The notes: generated by a model from the letters alone, not told the origin. 64,000 nucleotides of DNA from an uncultured delta proteobacterium (GCA_963743305.1 CAVUPH010000015.1:54114-118113); one strand, 5' to 3'; shown: positions 31,547 through 42,240, counted from the stretch's first letter. Numbers and translations are program-made.

Positions 31547-32410
31547 ATGAATATAATTATCACCGGTCTAATCACAGGCAGTCTGCTGGCCCTTTTGGCC
31601 ATCGGTTTCTCCCTGATCTTCGGAGTGGCCCGCATCGTCAACATCGCCCACACCGCCTTTTATATGGTCGCGGCCTACTGTATCTTTTACTTGTCCATCA
31701 GGCTTGGGCTTAATGTCATCTTGTCCATGCTGATTGCCGTTATTACCGTCACCCTGCTCGGTTTGCTGGTTTATAAATTTATAATCGACCCAATACGCGA
31801 ACACGAGGGTGCGGTTTTGATTGCCACCATAGCCCTGGCCATGTTCTTTCAAGAGGTCATTCTGCGGCTATTCACCGGGGAATATTGGAGTGTTGATTTC
31901 CTGATTCAAGGGTTCTTCACCATTGGAGGCAATAAGATTTTTTATCAACAATTGCTGACCTTCGGCGTGGTCCTGGTGATTTTACTCGTCATCTGGTTCC
32001 TGTTGATGAAGACCCGTTTGGGCCTGGCCATCCGTTCCACGGCCGAGGATCGGGAAGTGGCCAATCTGATGGGCATGAATGAGAGCCGGCTGGCCATGAT
32101 CACGCTGGCTATCTCGGTCGCCCTGGCTGGAGTCACCGGGGCGGTGATCGGACCTCTTTTCGTTCTGACTCCCCATATGTGGATGGAACCTTTGATTATC
32201 ATGATGGCCGTCGTAGTCCTGGGTGGACTGGGCAGCATAAAGGGAAGTTTTATAGCCGCTTATATCCTGGGGTTTACCGAGGCCCTGGTGGTTTTTCTAG
32301 TCCCCACAGGAGCCTTCTTGAAGGGCCCCGTGGCCTTAACTACTATGATCCTGGTTCTGCTGATGCGGCCGGAGGGTCTATTTGGTGTCGCCTTTGAGGA
32401 AGAGAGGTAG
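31547..32410 (+). CDS. LivH-like ABC permease
   Basis: AIGFSLIFGVARIVNIAH, VVLGGLGSIKGS, RPEGLFG. Confidence 0.92.
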   Translation: MNIIITGLITGSLLALLAIGFSLIFGVARIVNIAHTAFYMVAAYCIFYLSIRLGLNVILSMLIAVITVTLLGLLVYKFIIDPIREHEGAVLIATIALAMFFQEVILRLFTGEYWSVDFLIQGFFTIGGNKIFYQQLLTFGVVLVILLVIWFLLMKTRLGLAIRSTAEDREVANLMGMNESRLAMITLAISVALAGVTGAVIGPLFVLTPHMWMEPLIIMMAVVVLGGLGSIKGSFIAAYILGFTEALVVFLVPTGAFLKGPVALTTMILVLLMRPEGLFGVAFEEER

Positions 32411-32416
32411 GAGAGC

Positions 32417-33457
32417 ATGGGGCTGCTGGGGTTCTATTTACGGAAATTCTATTCCCTTGTCCGGGGAGAGGTGCTGGTCCTTCCCAGTCGAACGATTGTC
32501 GGCCTTTTTATTATAGTTATCCTGGGTCTGCCCTTGATAACCCAGGATCCATATCTTCTCCGCATCGTCATTATGACCAGTATCTTTGCCATCCTGGCCG
32601 CGAGCTGGGACCTTCTGTCCGGTTTTACCGGCCAGATGAACTTCGGACATGCCCTGTTCTTCGGGGTGGGGGCCTACACTTCCGCGTTACTGCATCTTCA
32701 TATTCATATTCCTCCCTGGGGCAGCGTGCCTTTAGGGGCCGTGGCAGCGGTCCTGGCGGGGCTAATTGTTGGCATTCCCTGTCTGAGGCTGAAGCATACT
32801 TATCTGGCCCTAACCACCCTGGCCTTCCCGATCATCTTATTGGGGATCATTATTGCCCTGCCCGATTTTACCGGCGGTGAATTGGGGATGTCCGGTTTGC
32901 AGCGTTTCACCAATTCTCTTATGGGCAATTATTATCTTCACGTCATTACCATGCTCGTATTGTGTTTTGTCATGTGGAAGATAACCGACTCCAATACGGG
33001 GATTATTTTTCATGCCATTCGGGAGGATGAGCTGGCCGTCAAGTCCTCAGGTATCAACACCACTCGTTATAAACTATTGGCCTTTACCCTCAGCGGCTTT
33101 TTTGCCGGTCTTTCCGGCGGACTCTATGCCCATTATATGCGAATTGCCGGTCCTTCCACCCTGGAGGTATCCATGTCCTTCACGGTGGTAATCTGGGCGA
33201 TCTTTGGGGGGGCGGCCACCATCTACGGCCCTGTAGCGGGGGTTTTTATCCTCTATCCGTTGTTGGAAATCGTCCGTTTCTGGCCCGAGTACCGCATGAT
33301 GATATTTTCCTTATTCGTCCTGGTGATCCTCTTGTACATGCCCGAAGGTTTCATCCCCTGGGTAAGAGATAAAATTGAAAGAGAATGCCCCCGGTGCAAG
33401 ATTAGAAACGTGGCGACCCGGAAAACCTGCCGGGTTTGTACCGCGGCATTGGATTAG
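32417..33457 (+). CDS. LivM-like ABC permease with a C-terminal Cys4 zinc-ribbon-like tail
   Basis: SWDLLSGFTGQMNFGHALFFGVGAY; tail ECPRCKIRNVATRKTCRVC. Confidence 0.9.
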   Translation: MGLLGFYLRKFYSLVRGEVLVLPSRTIVGLFIIVILGLPLITQDPYLLRIVIMTSIFAILAASWDLLSGFTGQMNFGHALFFGVGAYTSALLHLHIHIPPWGSVPLGAVAAVLAGLIVGIPCLRLKHTYLALTTLAFPIILLGIIIALPDFTGGELGMSGLQRFTNSLMGNYYLHVITMLVLCFVMWKITDSNTGIIFHAIREDELAVKSSGINTTRYKLLAFTLSGFFAGLSGGLYAHYMRIAGPSTLEVSMSFTVVIWAIFGGAATIYGPVAGVFILYPLLEIVRFWPEYRMMIFSLFVLVILLYMPEGFIPWVRDKIERECPRCKIRNVATRKTCRVCTAALD

Positions 33458-33461
33458 GTTG

Positions 33462-33643
33462 TTCACCGCAAAGGCGCAAAGGGCGCAAAGAAATTTATCT
33501 TTATTCGATCAGAGAAACCGATCGAACAAGAATAAATTAGAGTTATGATCATCTATCAACCGTTGGCGGAGAGCTTTTCAGTTGGCTGCCGAAAAGGCGG
33601 CCAACTGAAAAAACCTTTGCGGTCTTTGCGCCTTGGCGGTGAA
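33462..33643. repeat. TTCACCGC...GCGGTGAA element with long arms and two internal hairpins
   Basis: TTCACCGCAAAGGCGCAAAGGGCGCAAAG ... CTTTGCGGTCTTTGCGCCTTGGCGGTGAA; inner TTCGATC..GATCGAA and TTTTCAGTTGGCTGCC..GGCGGCCAACTGAAAA. Confidence 0.8.
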
Positions 33644-33664
33644 TAAAGAAAAAGGAACTAAACG

Positions 33665-35374
33665 ATGAATCCAAAAGAAACCTATCTGTCCAAGCCCTGG
33701 CTGAAATATTACTCCAAAGGGGTGCCGGCTGAAGTCGACATTCCCGAGGTATCCGTACCGGGACTCTTCGACCAGGTTGTTCAAAAATACGGGAATAAGA
33801 CCGCCCTGATCTTCTACGGAAAAAAGATAACCTATCGGGAGCTTAAAGAGCTGGCCGACCGCCTGGCCACTGCTTTTGCTGATTTAGGGGTCAAAAAGGG
33901 GGATTCCGTGGCCTTGTATCTCCTGAACAGCCCCCAGTATGTCATCGCCTATTTCGCCGCCCTTAAAATAGGGGCCAAGGTCACCCCCATCAGCCCGGTG
34001 TACACCAGTATCGAGGTCAGGCATCAGATCGAGGATAGTGAGGCTCGGACCGTTGTCTGTCAAAATATCCTGTACGACAACCTGGAAAAGGCCGGGGTCC
34101 ATCCGGAACGGGTGATTTTGACCAGTATCGAAGAATATCTTCCAGCCATGAAAAAATGGTTCGGCAAGAGCGCCCAGGCCAAGGCCTACGGGGGGGCCCC
34201 GCCGCCTTCGGTGGATTCGCTAAAAAAATCGGGGGTCTATTCTTTTCAGGATCTGTTGAAAAAATATCCCCCCCAGCCTCCCGCGGTGGTCATCGACCCC
34301 CGGGTAGACCTGGCCGCCCTGCCCTACACCGGCGGCACCACCGGGCTGCCCAAGGCGGCCATGCTGACCCACCGAAACCTGGTGGCCCTGCAAGCCCAGA
34401 TCCTCAGTTTCTGGCCCATCTTGGAAGAGGGGAAGGAAACAGTTATGGCTTTCCTGCCTTTCTTTCATATTTACGGCCAAGTAGTGGTCATGATCGGCGG
34501 GCTGGCCATGGGTGCCACCCTGGTCCTGTTCACCACCCCGGACATCGAGGAAATCCTCTCGGCCATGGATCGTTACCAGGCCTCGGGTTTTTACGGCGTC
34601 CCGACCCTCTTCGAATACCTCAAGGAATACGAAAAAACCGACCGGGTCAACTGGAAAAAGCTCAAAATCATCGCCTGCGGCGCCGACACCCTGCATGAAT
34701 CGACCATCGCGGCCTGGGAAAAGCGTACCGGATCCAGGATCTTTGAGGGCTATGGGATGACGGAAACCACGGCGGTCAGCCACAGCACTCCTCTCGACCG
34801 ACCCAAGAAGGGATCCTTCGGGGTGCCGCTGCCCAATATCAAAGCCGCCATCATGGAACACGAAGGGACCGAATTCCTACCCATCGGGGAAGTGGGCGAA
34901 CTGATTCTGAGCGGTCCCAATATTATGCAGGGCTACTGGAAAAGGCCGGAAGGAACCCAAGAGTCCATGCTGGAGATTGACGGGGAGATGTGGCTGCGCA
35001 CCGGAGACCTGGTCAATATGGACGAAGAAGGGTATTTCCACTTCTTTGACCGCAAGCGGGACTTGATCAAATACAAGGGCTATTCGGTCTTCGCCCGCCA
35101 CGTGGAAGAAGTGCTTTATCAGCATCCCAAGATCAAGGCCGCCGGGGTAGTCGGGGTGCCGGACCCCAAGGTGGGCAACCTGATCAAAGCCTATGTGGTC
35201 CTGGAGGGCGAGGCCCGGGGCCAGATCTCGGAAGAGGAAATTCTGGAATTTTGCCGCGAGAAACTCGCCCATTATAAGGTACCTAAGATCATCGAGTTTC
35301 GGGGCGAACTGCCTAAGACCGATGTGGGCAAAGTTTCCCGCCGGGAACTCAGAGAAGAGGGGGAGGAGGCCTGA
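33665..35374 (+). CDS. Long-chain fatty acid--CoA ligase
   Basis: PYTGGTTGLPKA, EGYGMTET, WLRTGD, LPKTDVGK. Confidence 0.94.
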   Translation: MNPKETYLSKPWLKYYSKGVPAEVDIPEVSVPGLFDQVVQKYGNKTALIFYGKKITYRELKELADRLATAFADLGVKKGDSVALYLLNSPQYVIAYFAALKIGAKVTPISPVYTSIEVRHQIEDSEARTVVCQNILYDNLEKAGVHPERVILTSIEEYLPAMKKWFGKSAQAKAYGGAPPPSVDSLKKSGVYSFQDLLKKYPPQPPAVVIDPRVDLAALPYTGGTTGLPKAAMLTHRNLVALQAQILSFWPILEEGKETVMAFLPFFHIYGQVVVMIGGLAMGATLVLFTTPDIEEILSAMDRYQASGFYGVPTLFEYLKEYEKTDRVNWKKLKIIACGADTLHESTIAAWEKRTGSRIFEGYGMTETTAVSHSTPLDRPKKGSFGVPLPNIKAAIMEHEGTEFLPIGEVGELILSGPNIMQGYWKRPEGTQESMLEIDGEMWLRTGDLVNMDEEGYFHFFDRKRDLIKYKGYSVFARHVEEVLYQHPKIKAAGVVGVPDPKVGNLIKAYVVLEGEARGQISEEEILEFCREKLAHYKVPKIIEFRGELPKTDVGKVSRRELREEGEEA

Positions 35375-35375
35375 G

Positions 35376-36146
35376 ATGGCCGTACCATTCCTGGAAGTGG
35401 AATCGCTGAACAAGACCTTTGGAGGTCTGCAGGCGATCAATAATATTCATATCCGCATGGATCAGAAAGAAGTCATCGGCCTTATCGGACCCAACGGGGC
35501 GGGCAAGACCACCCTCTTGCGGCTGCTCACCGGCATATTGAAACCGGATACGGGTAGCGTGCGATTCAAGGGTAAGCAGCTTGTAGGGCTTAAGACCTGG
35601 GACATCGTCAACCTGGGGGTGGCTTGCACCTTCCAGAACATGCGGCCATTCCGGCGCCTGCCCATCATTGCCAATGTCATGGTCTCCTGCCTGTCACCCC
35701 GGTCCATGAAACGGGGGGAATGGGTGAAAAAAGTAGAGGCCAAGGCCATGGATGCCCTGGAATTTGCCGGCATCTCGGATATGGCCTTGGAAAAGGCGTC
35801 TACTCTTTCCCAGGGTGACTTGAAGCGGCTGGAAGTGGCCCGGGCCGTGGCCACGGACCCGGAGCTCCTTCTCCTGGACGAACCTTTCGGCGGACTCAGC
35901 CCGGCGGAAACTGATTTGATGGCCAAATCCATCCGCCGGCTTCATAAGGGCGGGCGCTTCGGCCGCCTGCACAGCGAAGGGCCGGCCATGATTATTGTCG
36001 AGCACAAGCTGCAGCAGTTGATGAAGATTGTGGATCGCATTATCGTCCTCAATTTCGGAACCCTGCTGGCCGAGGGGACGCCCCAGGAAGTGGTGAACAA
36101 CCCGCAGGTCATCGAGGCCTATCTGGGTCAGGGAGGAGGGCAGTAA
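35376..36146 (+). CDS. LivG-like ABC ATPase
   Basis: GPNGAGKTT, LLLDEPFGG, VIEAYLG; ATG at 35376 after GGAGG. Confidence 0.92.
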   Translation: MAVPFLEVESLNKTFGGLQAINNIHIRMDQKEVIGLIGPNGAGKTTLLRLLTGILKPDTGSVRFKGKQLVGLKTWDIVNLGVACTFQNMRPFRRLPIIANVMVSCLSPRSMKRGEWVKKVEAKAMDALEFAGISDMALEKASTLSQGDLKRLEVARAVATDPELLLLDEPFGGLSPAETDLMAKSIRRLHKGGRFGRLHSEGPAMIIVEHKLQQLMKIVDRIIVLNFGTLLAEGTPQEVVNNPQVIEAYLGQGGGQ

Positions 36147-36148
36147 CC

Positions 36149-36898
36149 GTGCTTCTAGAGGTCGCGCACTTATCCGTCCGCTATGAAAAGGCCGTACTCA
36201 TTAATGACCTGAACCTGTCTGTGGATAAAGGAGAGCTGGTCAGCCTGGTGGGCCCCAACGGGGCCGGGAAATCCACCACCCTGCGGGCCATCACCGGACT
36301 GGTGGCCTGGGAAAAAGAGATTAAGCGCCGCTCCACGGCCGGGGACATTTTCCTGGAGGGCACGGTGACCTTCAATGGGGAACGGATCGATCAGGTCCCG
36401 GCCCATGAAATCGTCCGGCGGGGACTCGTGCTTTGTCCGGAACGGCGAAGGCCTTTCCGGGAAATGAGTGTTCTGGACAACCTGCTGGCCGGGGCCTACC
36501 TGCAAAAGGATAAAAAGAAGACCCAGGAAGATCTGGAAAAGATTTACACCATGTTCCCGGTCCTGAAGACCCGTTCCGGCCAGATTTCCGGGACCCTTTC
36601 CGGAGGGGAGCAACAAATGCTGGCCATTGGCCGGGCGCTCATGTCCGAACCCAAGCTGCTGTGCATCGACGAACCCTCCACCGGCCTGGCGCCTTTGATG
36701 CGCAAGGAAGTCTTTGACAAAATCGCCGAGATTAGCCGCCTGGGCATCACCGTACTCCTGGTGGAGCAGGAAGTGAGCACCGTCTTCCAGATGGCCGTCC
36801 GGAACTACGTGCTCTCCTCGGGCAAGATCATCGCCGAGGGCACCGGCCAGCAACTCCTCGAAGACGAGGTCCTCCGCAAGACCTATCTGGGATTTTAA
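36149..36898 (+). CDS. LivF-like ABC ATPase
   Basis: GPNGAGKST, LSGGEQQMLAIGRALM, IDEPSTGLAP. Confidence 0.92.
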   Translation: MLLEVAHLSVRYEKAVLINDLNLSVDKGELVSLVGPNGAGKSTTLRAITGLVAWEKEIKRRSTAGDIFLEGTVTFNGERIDQVPAHEIVRRGLVLCPERRRPFREMSVLDNLLAGAYLQKDKKKTQEDLEKIYTMFPVLKTRSGQISGTLSGGEQQMLAIGRALMSEPKLLCIDEPSTGLAPLMRKEVFDKIAEISRLGITVLLVEQEVSTVFQMAVRNYVLSSGKIIAEGTGQQLLEDEVLRKTYLGF

Positions 36899-36928
36899 AG
36901 ATAGCCGATAATTTTGATTTTATTGGCT

Positions 36929-37150
36929 CAATTTCGAAATTCGAAACAAATTCAAATGACCAAAATTCAAAATCCGAACCCCGCGGCTCTTGAACCGCAG
37001 CGGCCCACCGGTAAGTGAATCCAACTCGTTACTCCTCCTTCTGATTAGTAAGGGTACGCTGTTTCGGTCATTTGAGTTTTGAACTTCGTTTATTGATTCG
37101 GCCTGCGACGAGCTCAGTCGAGTCGATTTCGGGCTTCGAATTTCGAGTTT
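36929..37150. repeat. Full inverted-repeat copy of the heptamer-periodic CGAAATT/AATTTCG element
   Basis: aatttcgaaattcgaaacaaattcaaatgaccaaaattcaaaat ... gtttcggtcatttgagttttgaac..gatttcgggcttcgaatttcgagttt; half copies at ~11745, ~14160, ~42537, ~50407. Confidence 0.7.
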
Positions 37151-37230
37151 GAAAATGCCGCTATTTGACAACGCAAGATAACTTCTTGGAATTCTAATGA
37201 TAATCAACTTGAACAGGTAAGGATCAAACC

Positions 37231-39014
37231 ATGTCTCATTTTAAAGTAAACGAAAACGACCTATTATTTATCTTAAAAAATCAATTGAATTACGGCAGCC
37301 TCTGCAAGCTGGAACGCTACCGGGAACTCGATGAGGAGACGCTGGACCTGCTGGTTAAAGAGGCCCTGAAATTTGCCCGGACAGAGATCGCCCCACTCCA
37401 GGAGATCGGAGAAAAATGGGGGGTGGTCCTGGAAAACGGTGCGGTCCGCTGCGCCCCCGAGTTTCAGGCAGCCTTCCGGCTGTACGGCGAAAACGGCTGG
37501 ACCGCCGCGGCCCGGGACCCGGAATACGGCGGCCAGGGCTTCCCCCATATGATGCGTATCGTCATCAACGACCTGATGTACGGGGCCTGCCAGGCCTTCA
37601 ACATGGCCCCCAGCCTGACCCACGGTGCGGCCCATCTGATCGAAAGCTTCGGAAGCCGGGAACTCAAAGAACGTTTTATCCCCCGGATGTTCAGCGGGCA
37701 ATGGGCCGGAACCATGTGCCTCACCGAGCCCCAGGCCGGCTCCAATCTGGCCGACCTCCGAACCAGCGCCGTCCCGGAGGGAGACCATTACCGGATCAAG
37801 GGCTCCAAGATCTTCATCTCCTGGGGCGATCACGACCTGACCGAAAACATCATCCACTTGCTGCTGGCCCGCATCGAGGGCGCTCCCGAGGGCGTCAAGG
37901 GTATTTCCTTGTTTGTGGTGCCCAAGATCCGGGTCAACCCGGACGGCACCTTAGGGGAACCCAATGATGTGCTCTGCGGCGGTGTGGAAAAGAAACTGGG
38001 GCTTCATGCCTCTCCCACCTGTCTGCTGAATTTCGGGGACCAGGACGGTTGTATCGGGTATTTCTGCGGCGAAGCCCACAATGGCCTGGCCCATATGTTC
38101 CAGATGATGAATGCCGCCCGCATCAATACCGGCGTGAGCGGCATGACCCTGGCCAGCACCGCCTACCTCAACGCTCTGGCCTATACCAGGGAGCGCATCC
38201 AGGGAAAGGATGTGGCCGGACGGAAACCCGGCTATGTCCCGATCATCGATCACCCGGATGTGCGCCGTATGCTGCTCTGGATGAAGGCCACGGTGGACGG
38301 AATGCGCTCCATGATCTACACCGGGGCCTTCTGGTCGGAGCTGGCCCTGGAGCTGCCCGCGGGCGAAGAGAAAAATCACTACCAGGCCCTGGTCGATTTC
38401 CTGACCCCGATCATCAAGGCCTACTGTTCGGACCTGGGCTTTAAGGTCTGCGAAACGGCCATCCAGTGCCTGGGCGGGTATGGTTCTACCGGGAATATCC
38501 CCTGGAGCAGTACCTGCGGGATTCCAAGATCATGTCCCTCTATGAGGGCACCAACGGCATCCAGTCCCTCGACCTGATGGGAAGAAAGATGCGGTTAAAT
38601 GGCGGGGCCCTTTTTAAATCGTACCTGTCCGAGATCCAGGCCTTCTGCCGGGAGCAGGCCGACCAACCCCGATTGGGATCGGAAATCCGAGCCCTGTCCG
38701 AGGCCGTCGACCGGTTGGAAGTTATGGCCCGGACCCTGTCTGAAAAGATGAAATCAGATCCCCTGCAGTGGGCTTCCTATACCTACCCGGCCCTCCTTTG
38801 TTTCGGTGATATCACCATGGCCTGGCGGCTGCTGGACCTGGCGGTCATCGCGCAAGAACAGATGGAAGCCGGGAAGGTCACCGATTTTCTCTCCGGCAAA
38901 GTGCTGCAAGCCACCTACTTCACCGGCACAACCTTGCCGCTGACCCTGGCCCGGCTGGAGACCTGTCTGCGGTCCGGACGGGAAGTAGTGGATATGCCGG
39001 AAGGGGCTTTTTAA
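37231..39014 (+). CDS. Acyl-CoA dehydrogenase (~590-aa type), frameshift ~38483
   Basis: GTMCLTEPQAGS, KGISLFVVPK, MFQMMNAAR, QCLGGYG, then EYPLEQYLRDSKIMSLYEGTNGIQ in the next frame. Confidence 0.9.
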
Positions 39015-39044
39015 TACGAAAATTGAGACGAAACGGAAGAATGA

Positions 39045-39209
39045 ATGGCCTTAAAAACAGGGGCGGAATACCTCGATTCCATTATCCAGAAATACCTGAC
39101 CGCCTCTCCGGACAGTCGGGTGGTCGCCCGCATGACTGCCGGGTTTGATTTAATTAAACTTAAAAGGCCCGATGCCGTCATTCCTGGCCCCGCCTCAAAA
39201 GCGGGATGA
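39045..39209 (+). pseudogene. Internally deleted remnant resembling a 4-hydroxybutyryl-CoA dehydratase / HpaB-family gene
   Basis: MALKTGAEYLDSI-IQKYLTASPD...; N-terminus resembles the family start MxLxTxxEYxxSL; frame ends inside a repeat arm. Confidence 0.45.
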
Positions 39210-39250
39210 ACTCCAGCCGGGATCCAGGGTTACTACCGGGGAGATTCGCT

Positions 39251-39400
39251 GATGGTATCGCAAAACGCAAGAAACCCGTCATTGCGAGCAAAGCGAAGCA
39301 ATCCCCCGGGCAAGTTTGAGGGACCTGATAAGCTACCTGGGGGATTGCTTCGTCGCTTCCCTCCTCGCCATGACAGCCCGGGCGACTTTTGACGAACACC
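39251..39400. repeat. Nested palindromic element copy 4 (core 39278-39374)
   Basis: GTCATTGCGAGCAAAGCGAAGCAATCCC-35 nt-GGGATTGCTTCGTCGCTTCCCTCCTCGCCATGAC inside GATGGTATCGCAAAACG / GACTTTTGACGAACACC. Confidence 0.85.
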
Positions 39401-39443
39401 TTTTCACTCAAGGTCCGAGATTTATATTTACCTATAACTTGTT

Positions 39444-40562
39444 ATGAACATCTTGTTCCAACCCATCTCCATCAAGAATTTGACCTTACCCAACCGGTTT
39501 GTCCGGTCCGCCACTTATGACGGAATGTCTGAAAAAAACGGCCGGGTTACCTCCGAACAAATTAAAATGGTGGAGGATCTGGCCAGGGGCGGAGTAGGCC
39601 TGATCATTTTAGGCATTGCCTACGTTCAGGCCTCCGGCCAAATTTCAGTCTTCCAAAATTCTCTGGCCGACGATGAATGTATTCCCGGCTTCCGGAACTT
39701 GGCCGATACCGCCCACGAACACGGCGCTAAAATTGCCGTCCAACTTTTTCACGCCGGCCGGGAAACGGCCAAGGCCTTTAAACCCCATCGCAAACAGGCC
39801 CTGGCCCCATCTTATGTCCCGGATGACCCCTTATTCCAGCATCCCTATCGGGAGATCACCGAGGCGGAGATCCAACAAGTCATCCGGGCCTTCGGCGAGG
39901 CCGCCGGTCGGGCCGCGGCGGCCGGGCTGGACGCGATTCAGGTTCACGGGGCCCATGCCTATCTGCTAAGCCAGTTCCTGTCCCCTTTCACCAACCGGCG
40001 GACCGATGCCTGGGGCGGGGTTCTGGAAAACCGCCTGCGCCTTCACCGCGAAATCCTGGGGGCCATCAGGTCCCGGGTGGGTGAAGGCTATCCGGTCCTG
40101 CTCAAGATCGGGGTCCAAGACGGTTTTCCCGGGGGACTGGAATTTCATGAAGGGAAACAGGCCGCGCTCCGCCTGGCCCAGTGGGGCTATGACTCCCTGG
40201 AAATCAGCTCCGGTCTAAGAGGTCCGGGGTACGACAACGCCGAATTCAAGACACGCATCAACCGACTGGACCGCGAGGCGTATTTCAGATCCTGGTGCCG
40301 GGAAATAAAGCCGCAGGTGTCGGTCCCGGTCATGATGGTCGGGGGACTGCGGTCGCCGGCGCTCATGGAGGAAGTGATTCAAAACGGCGAGGCCGACCTG
40401 ATCTCCCTCAGCCGCCCGCTGATCAAAGAACCGGCGATTATCAAAGACTGGCAAAACGGTGACCTTCACCGGGCCACCTGCATCTCCTGCAATAAATGTT
40501 TTGAGGCCCTGCTGAAGGGGGAGGCCCTGCGCTGCGTTTATCATGAAGAAACCGGGAAATAG
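39444..40562 (+). CDS. NADH:flavin oxidoreductase (Old Yellow Enzyme family)
   Basis: NRFVRSAT, QLFHAG, HGAHAYLLSQFLSPFTNRRTDAWGG, C-terminal CISCNKC. Confidence 0.93.
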   Translation: MNILFQPISIKNLTLPNRFVRSATYDGMSEKNGRVTSEQIKMVEDLARGGVGLIILGIAYVQASGQISVFQNSLADDECIPGFRNLADTAHEHGAKIAVQLFHAGRETAKAFKPHRKQALAPSYVPDDPLFQHPYREITEAEIQQVIRAFGEAAGRAAAAGLDAIQVHGAHAYLLSQFLSPFTNRRTDAWGGVLENRLRLHREILGAIRSRVGEGYPVLLKIGVQDGFPGGLEFHEGKQAALRLAQWGYDSLEISSGLRGPGYDNAEFKTRINRLDREAYFRSWCREIKPQVSVPVMMVGGLRSPALMEEVIQNGEADLISLSRPLIKEPAIIKDWQNGDLHRATCISCNKCFEALLKGEALRCVYHEETGK

Positions 40563-40662
40563 CCGGCTGACCGAGCGAATAACTATTTCACCGCAAAGAC
40601 GCGAAGAACGCGAAGAAAAACAAAAGAAGAAATGGATAATTTTTCGGGTCGAGGAGTATACC

Positions 40663-42240
40663 ATGGAAAAGGAAGATTTAGATCAAGGCTGGCTGCCGGA
40701 GGTCGAGGAACTTCGCCTCCGGGAAACCCTGGCGTCGCAGATGGGCGGGGAGGAAAACCTGGCCCGCCATCGGGCGGCCGGTCGTTTGAACGTCCGGGAG
40801 CGGATTGATCTTCTGCTTGATAAAGGCAGCTTCCACGAAACCGGCGCCATCACCGGGGTCCCCACCTGGGAGGAAGGCCGCCTGGTCAAATTATTTCCCT
40901 CCAATTTTATCCTGGGGACCGGGCGGATCGACCGGCGCCGGGTGGTGGTGGGGGCCGACGACTTCACCATACGCGGGGGTGCGGCCGATGCCGCTATCGG
41001 GCATAAGGCAGCCTATGCCGAACGGATGGCCCTGGAACTGCGTCTGCCCATGATCCGGTTGGTGGACGGTACCGGAGGAGGAGGCAGCGTCAAATTTCTG
41101 GAGCAGATGGATCGGACCTATGTGCCTTACAACCCGGGCATGGACACCATGGCCGAATTGCTTTCCACCGTACCGGTGGTGAGCGCCGCCCTGGGTTCGG
41201 TGGCCGGACTGGGCGCGGCTCGGGTGGTCTTTTCCCATTTCTCGGTCATGCCCCGGAAAACGGCCCAGCTCTTTGTGGCCGGGCCCCCGGTGGTGGAACC
41301 GGCCCTGGGCCGGAAGGTGGGCAAGGAGGAACTGGGGGGGTCCCAAATCCAGACCGGCGGTTTCGGCGCCGTGGACAACGAGGTGGCCACCGAAGATGAG
41401 GCCTTTGCTCAGATCCGCCTTTTTCTTTCGTATCTACCGGATTCAGTCTATGAGCTTCCCCCGGTGCAGGCGTCTTCCGATCCGGTTGACCGTCGCGAGG
41501 AGGAGTTGGTCCGCCTCATTCCCAAAAACAAGCGCCGACCCTACCCGGTGCGTCGCATCCTGACGCTGGTCCTGGACCAGGGATCCTTTTTCGAAATCGG
41601 AGCCAACCACGGACGCTCGGTGGTCACCGGCCTGGCGCGGCTGAACGGCCGACCGCTGGGGGTCTTCGCCCACGATTCCAACTTTTTCGGCGGCGCCATC
41701 ACCGCCCAGGGGGCCGACAAGCTGGTCCGCTTCATCGATCTCTGCGACACCTTCCACCTGCCGGTGGTCAATTTTGTGGACAATCCGGGATTCATGATCG
41801 GGGTGGAGGCGGAGAAACAGGGCACCATCCGCTTCGGGGCCCGCTACATCTTTGCCGTCTACCAGGCCACGGTCCCCTGGTGCTCCATCATCCTGCGACG
41901 GGTCTTCGGCGTGGCCGGAGCGGCCCATGGAAACCATTCCCGCCTGAATCTGCGCTACGCCTGGCCATCAGGCGAATGGGGGTCCTTACCCATCGAGGGA
42001 GGCGTGCAGGCGGCCTACCGGCGTCAGATTGAAGCCTCCCCAGATCCCCAGGCTTTGCGCCGGGAGATCGAAGAGCGTCTGTCGAAGTTCACCTCGCCCT
42101 TCTTGACGGCCGAGAAATTCGGGATCGAGGAGATCATCGACCCTCGCGACACCCGGCCGCTGCTCTGCGAATGGATTGAAAATGCCTACCGCCTGCTGCC
42201 CAGCCAGTTGGGGCCGAAGAAACGGGGGATGCGGCCTTAA
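40663..42240 (+). CDS. Acyl-CoA carboxylase/decarboxylase carboxyltransferase subunit
   Basis: LNVRERIDLLLD, DDFTIRGG, LFVAGPPVV, FVDNPGFMIG, IIDPRDTR; start MEKEDL after GAGGAG. Confidence 0.92.
   Translation: MEKEDLDQGWLPEVEELRLRETLASQMGGEENLARHRAAGRLNVRERIDLLLDKGSFHETGAITGVPTWEEGRLVKLFPSNFILGTGRIDRRRVVVGADDFTIRGGAADAAIGHKAAYAERMALELRLPMIRLVDGTGGGGSVKFLEQMDRTYVPYNPGMDTMAELLSTVPVVSAALGSVAGLGAARVVFSHFSVMPRKTAQLFVAGPPVVEPALGRKVGKEELGGSQIQTGGFGAVDNEVATEDEAFAQIRLFLSYLPDSVYELPPVQASSDPVDRREEELVRLIPKNKRRPYPVRRILTLVLDQGSFFEIGANHGRSVVTGLARLNGRPLGVFAHDSNFFGGAITAQGADKLVRFIDLCDTFHLPVVNFVDNPGFMIGVEAEKQGTIRFGARYIFAVYQATVPWCSIILRRVFGVAGAAHGNHSRLNLRYAWPSGEWGSLPIEGGVQAAYRRQIEASPDPQALRREIEERLSKFTSPFLTAEKFGIEEIIDPRDTRPLLCEWIENAYRLLPSQLGPKKRGMRP

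Noticed and set aside
38466-38577. Programmed frameshifting or recoding in the split genes
   Set aside because: No consistent slippery motif or in-frame UGA/UAG; indels are scattered over unrelated genes, favouring sequencing error.
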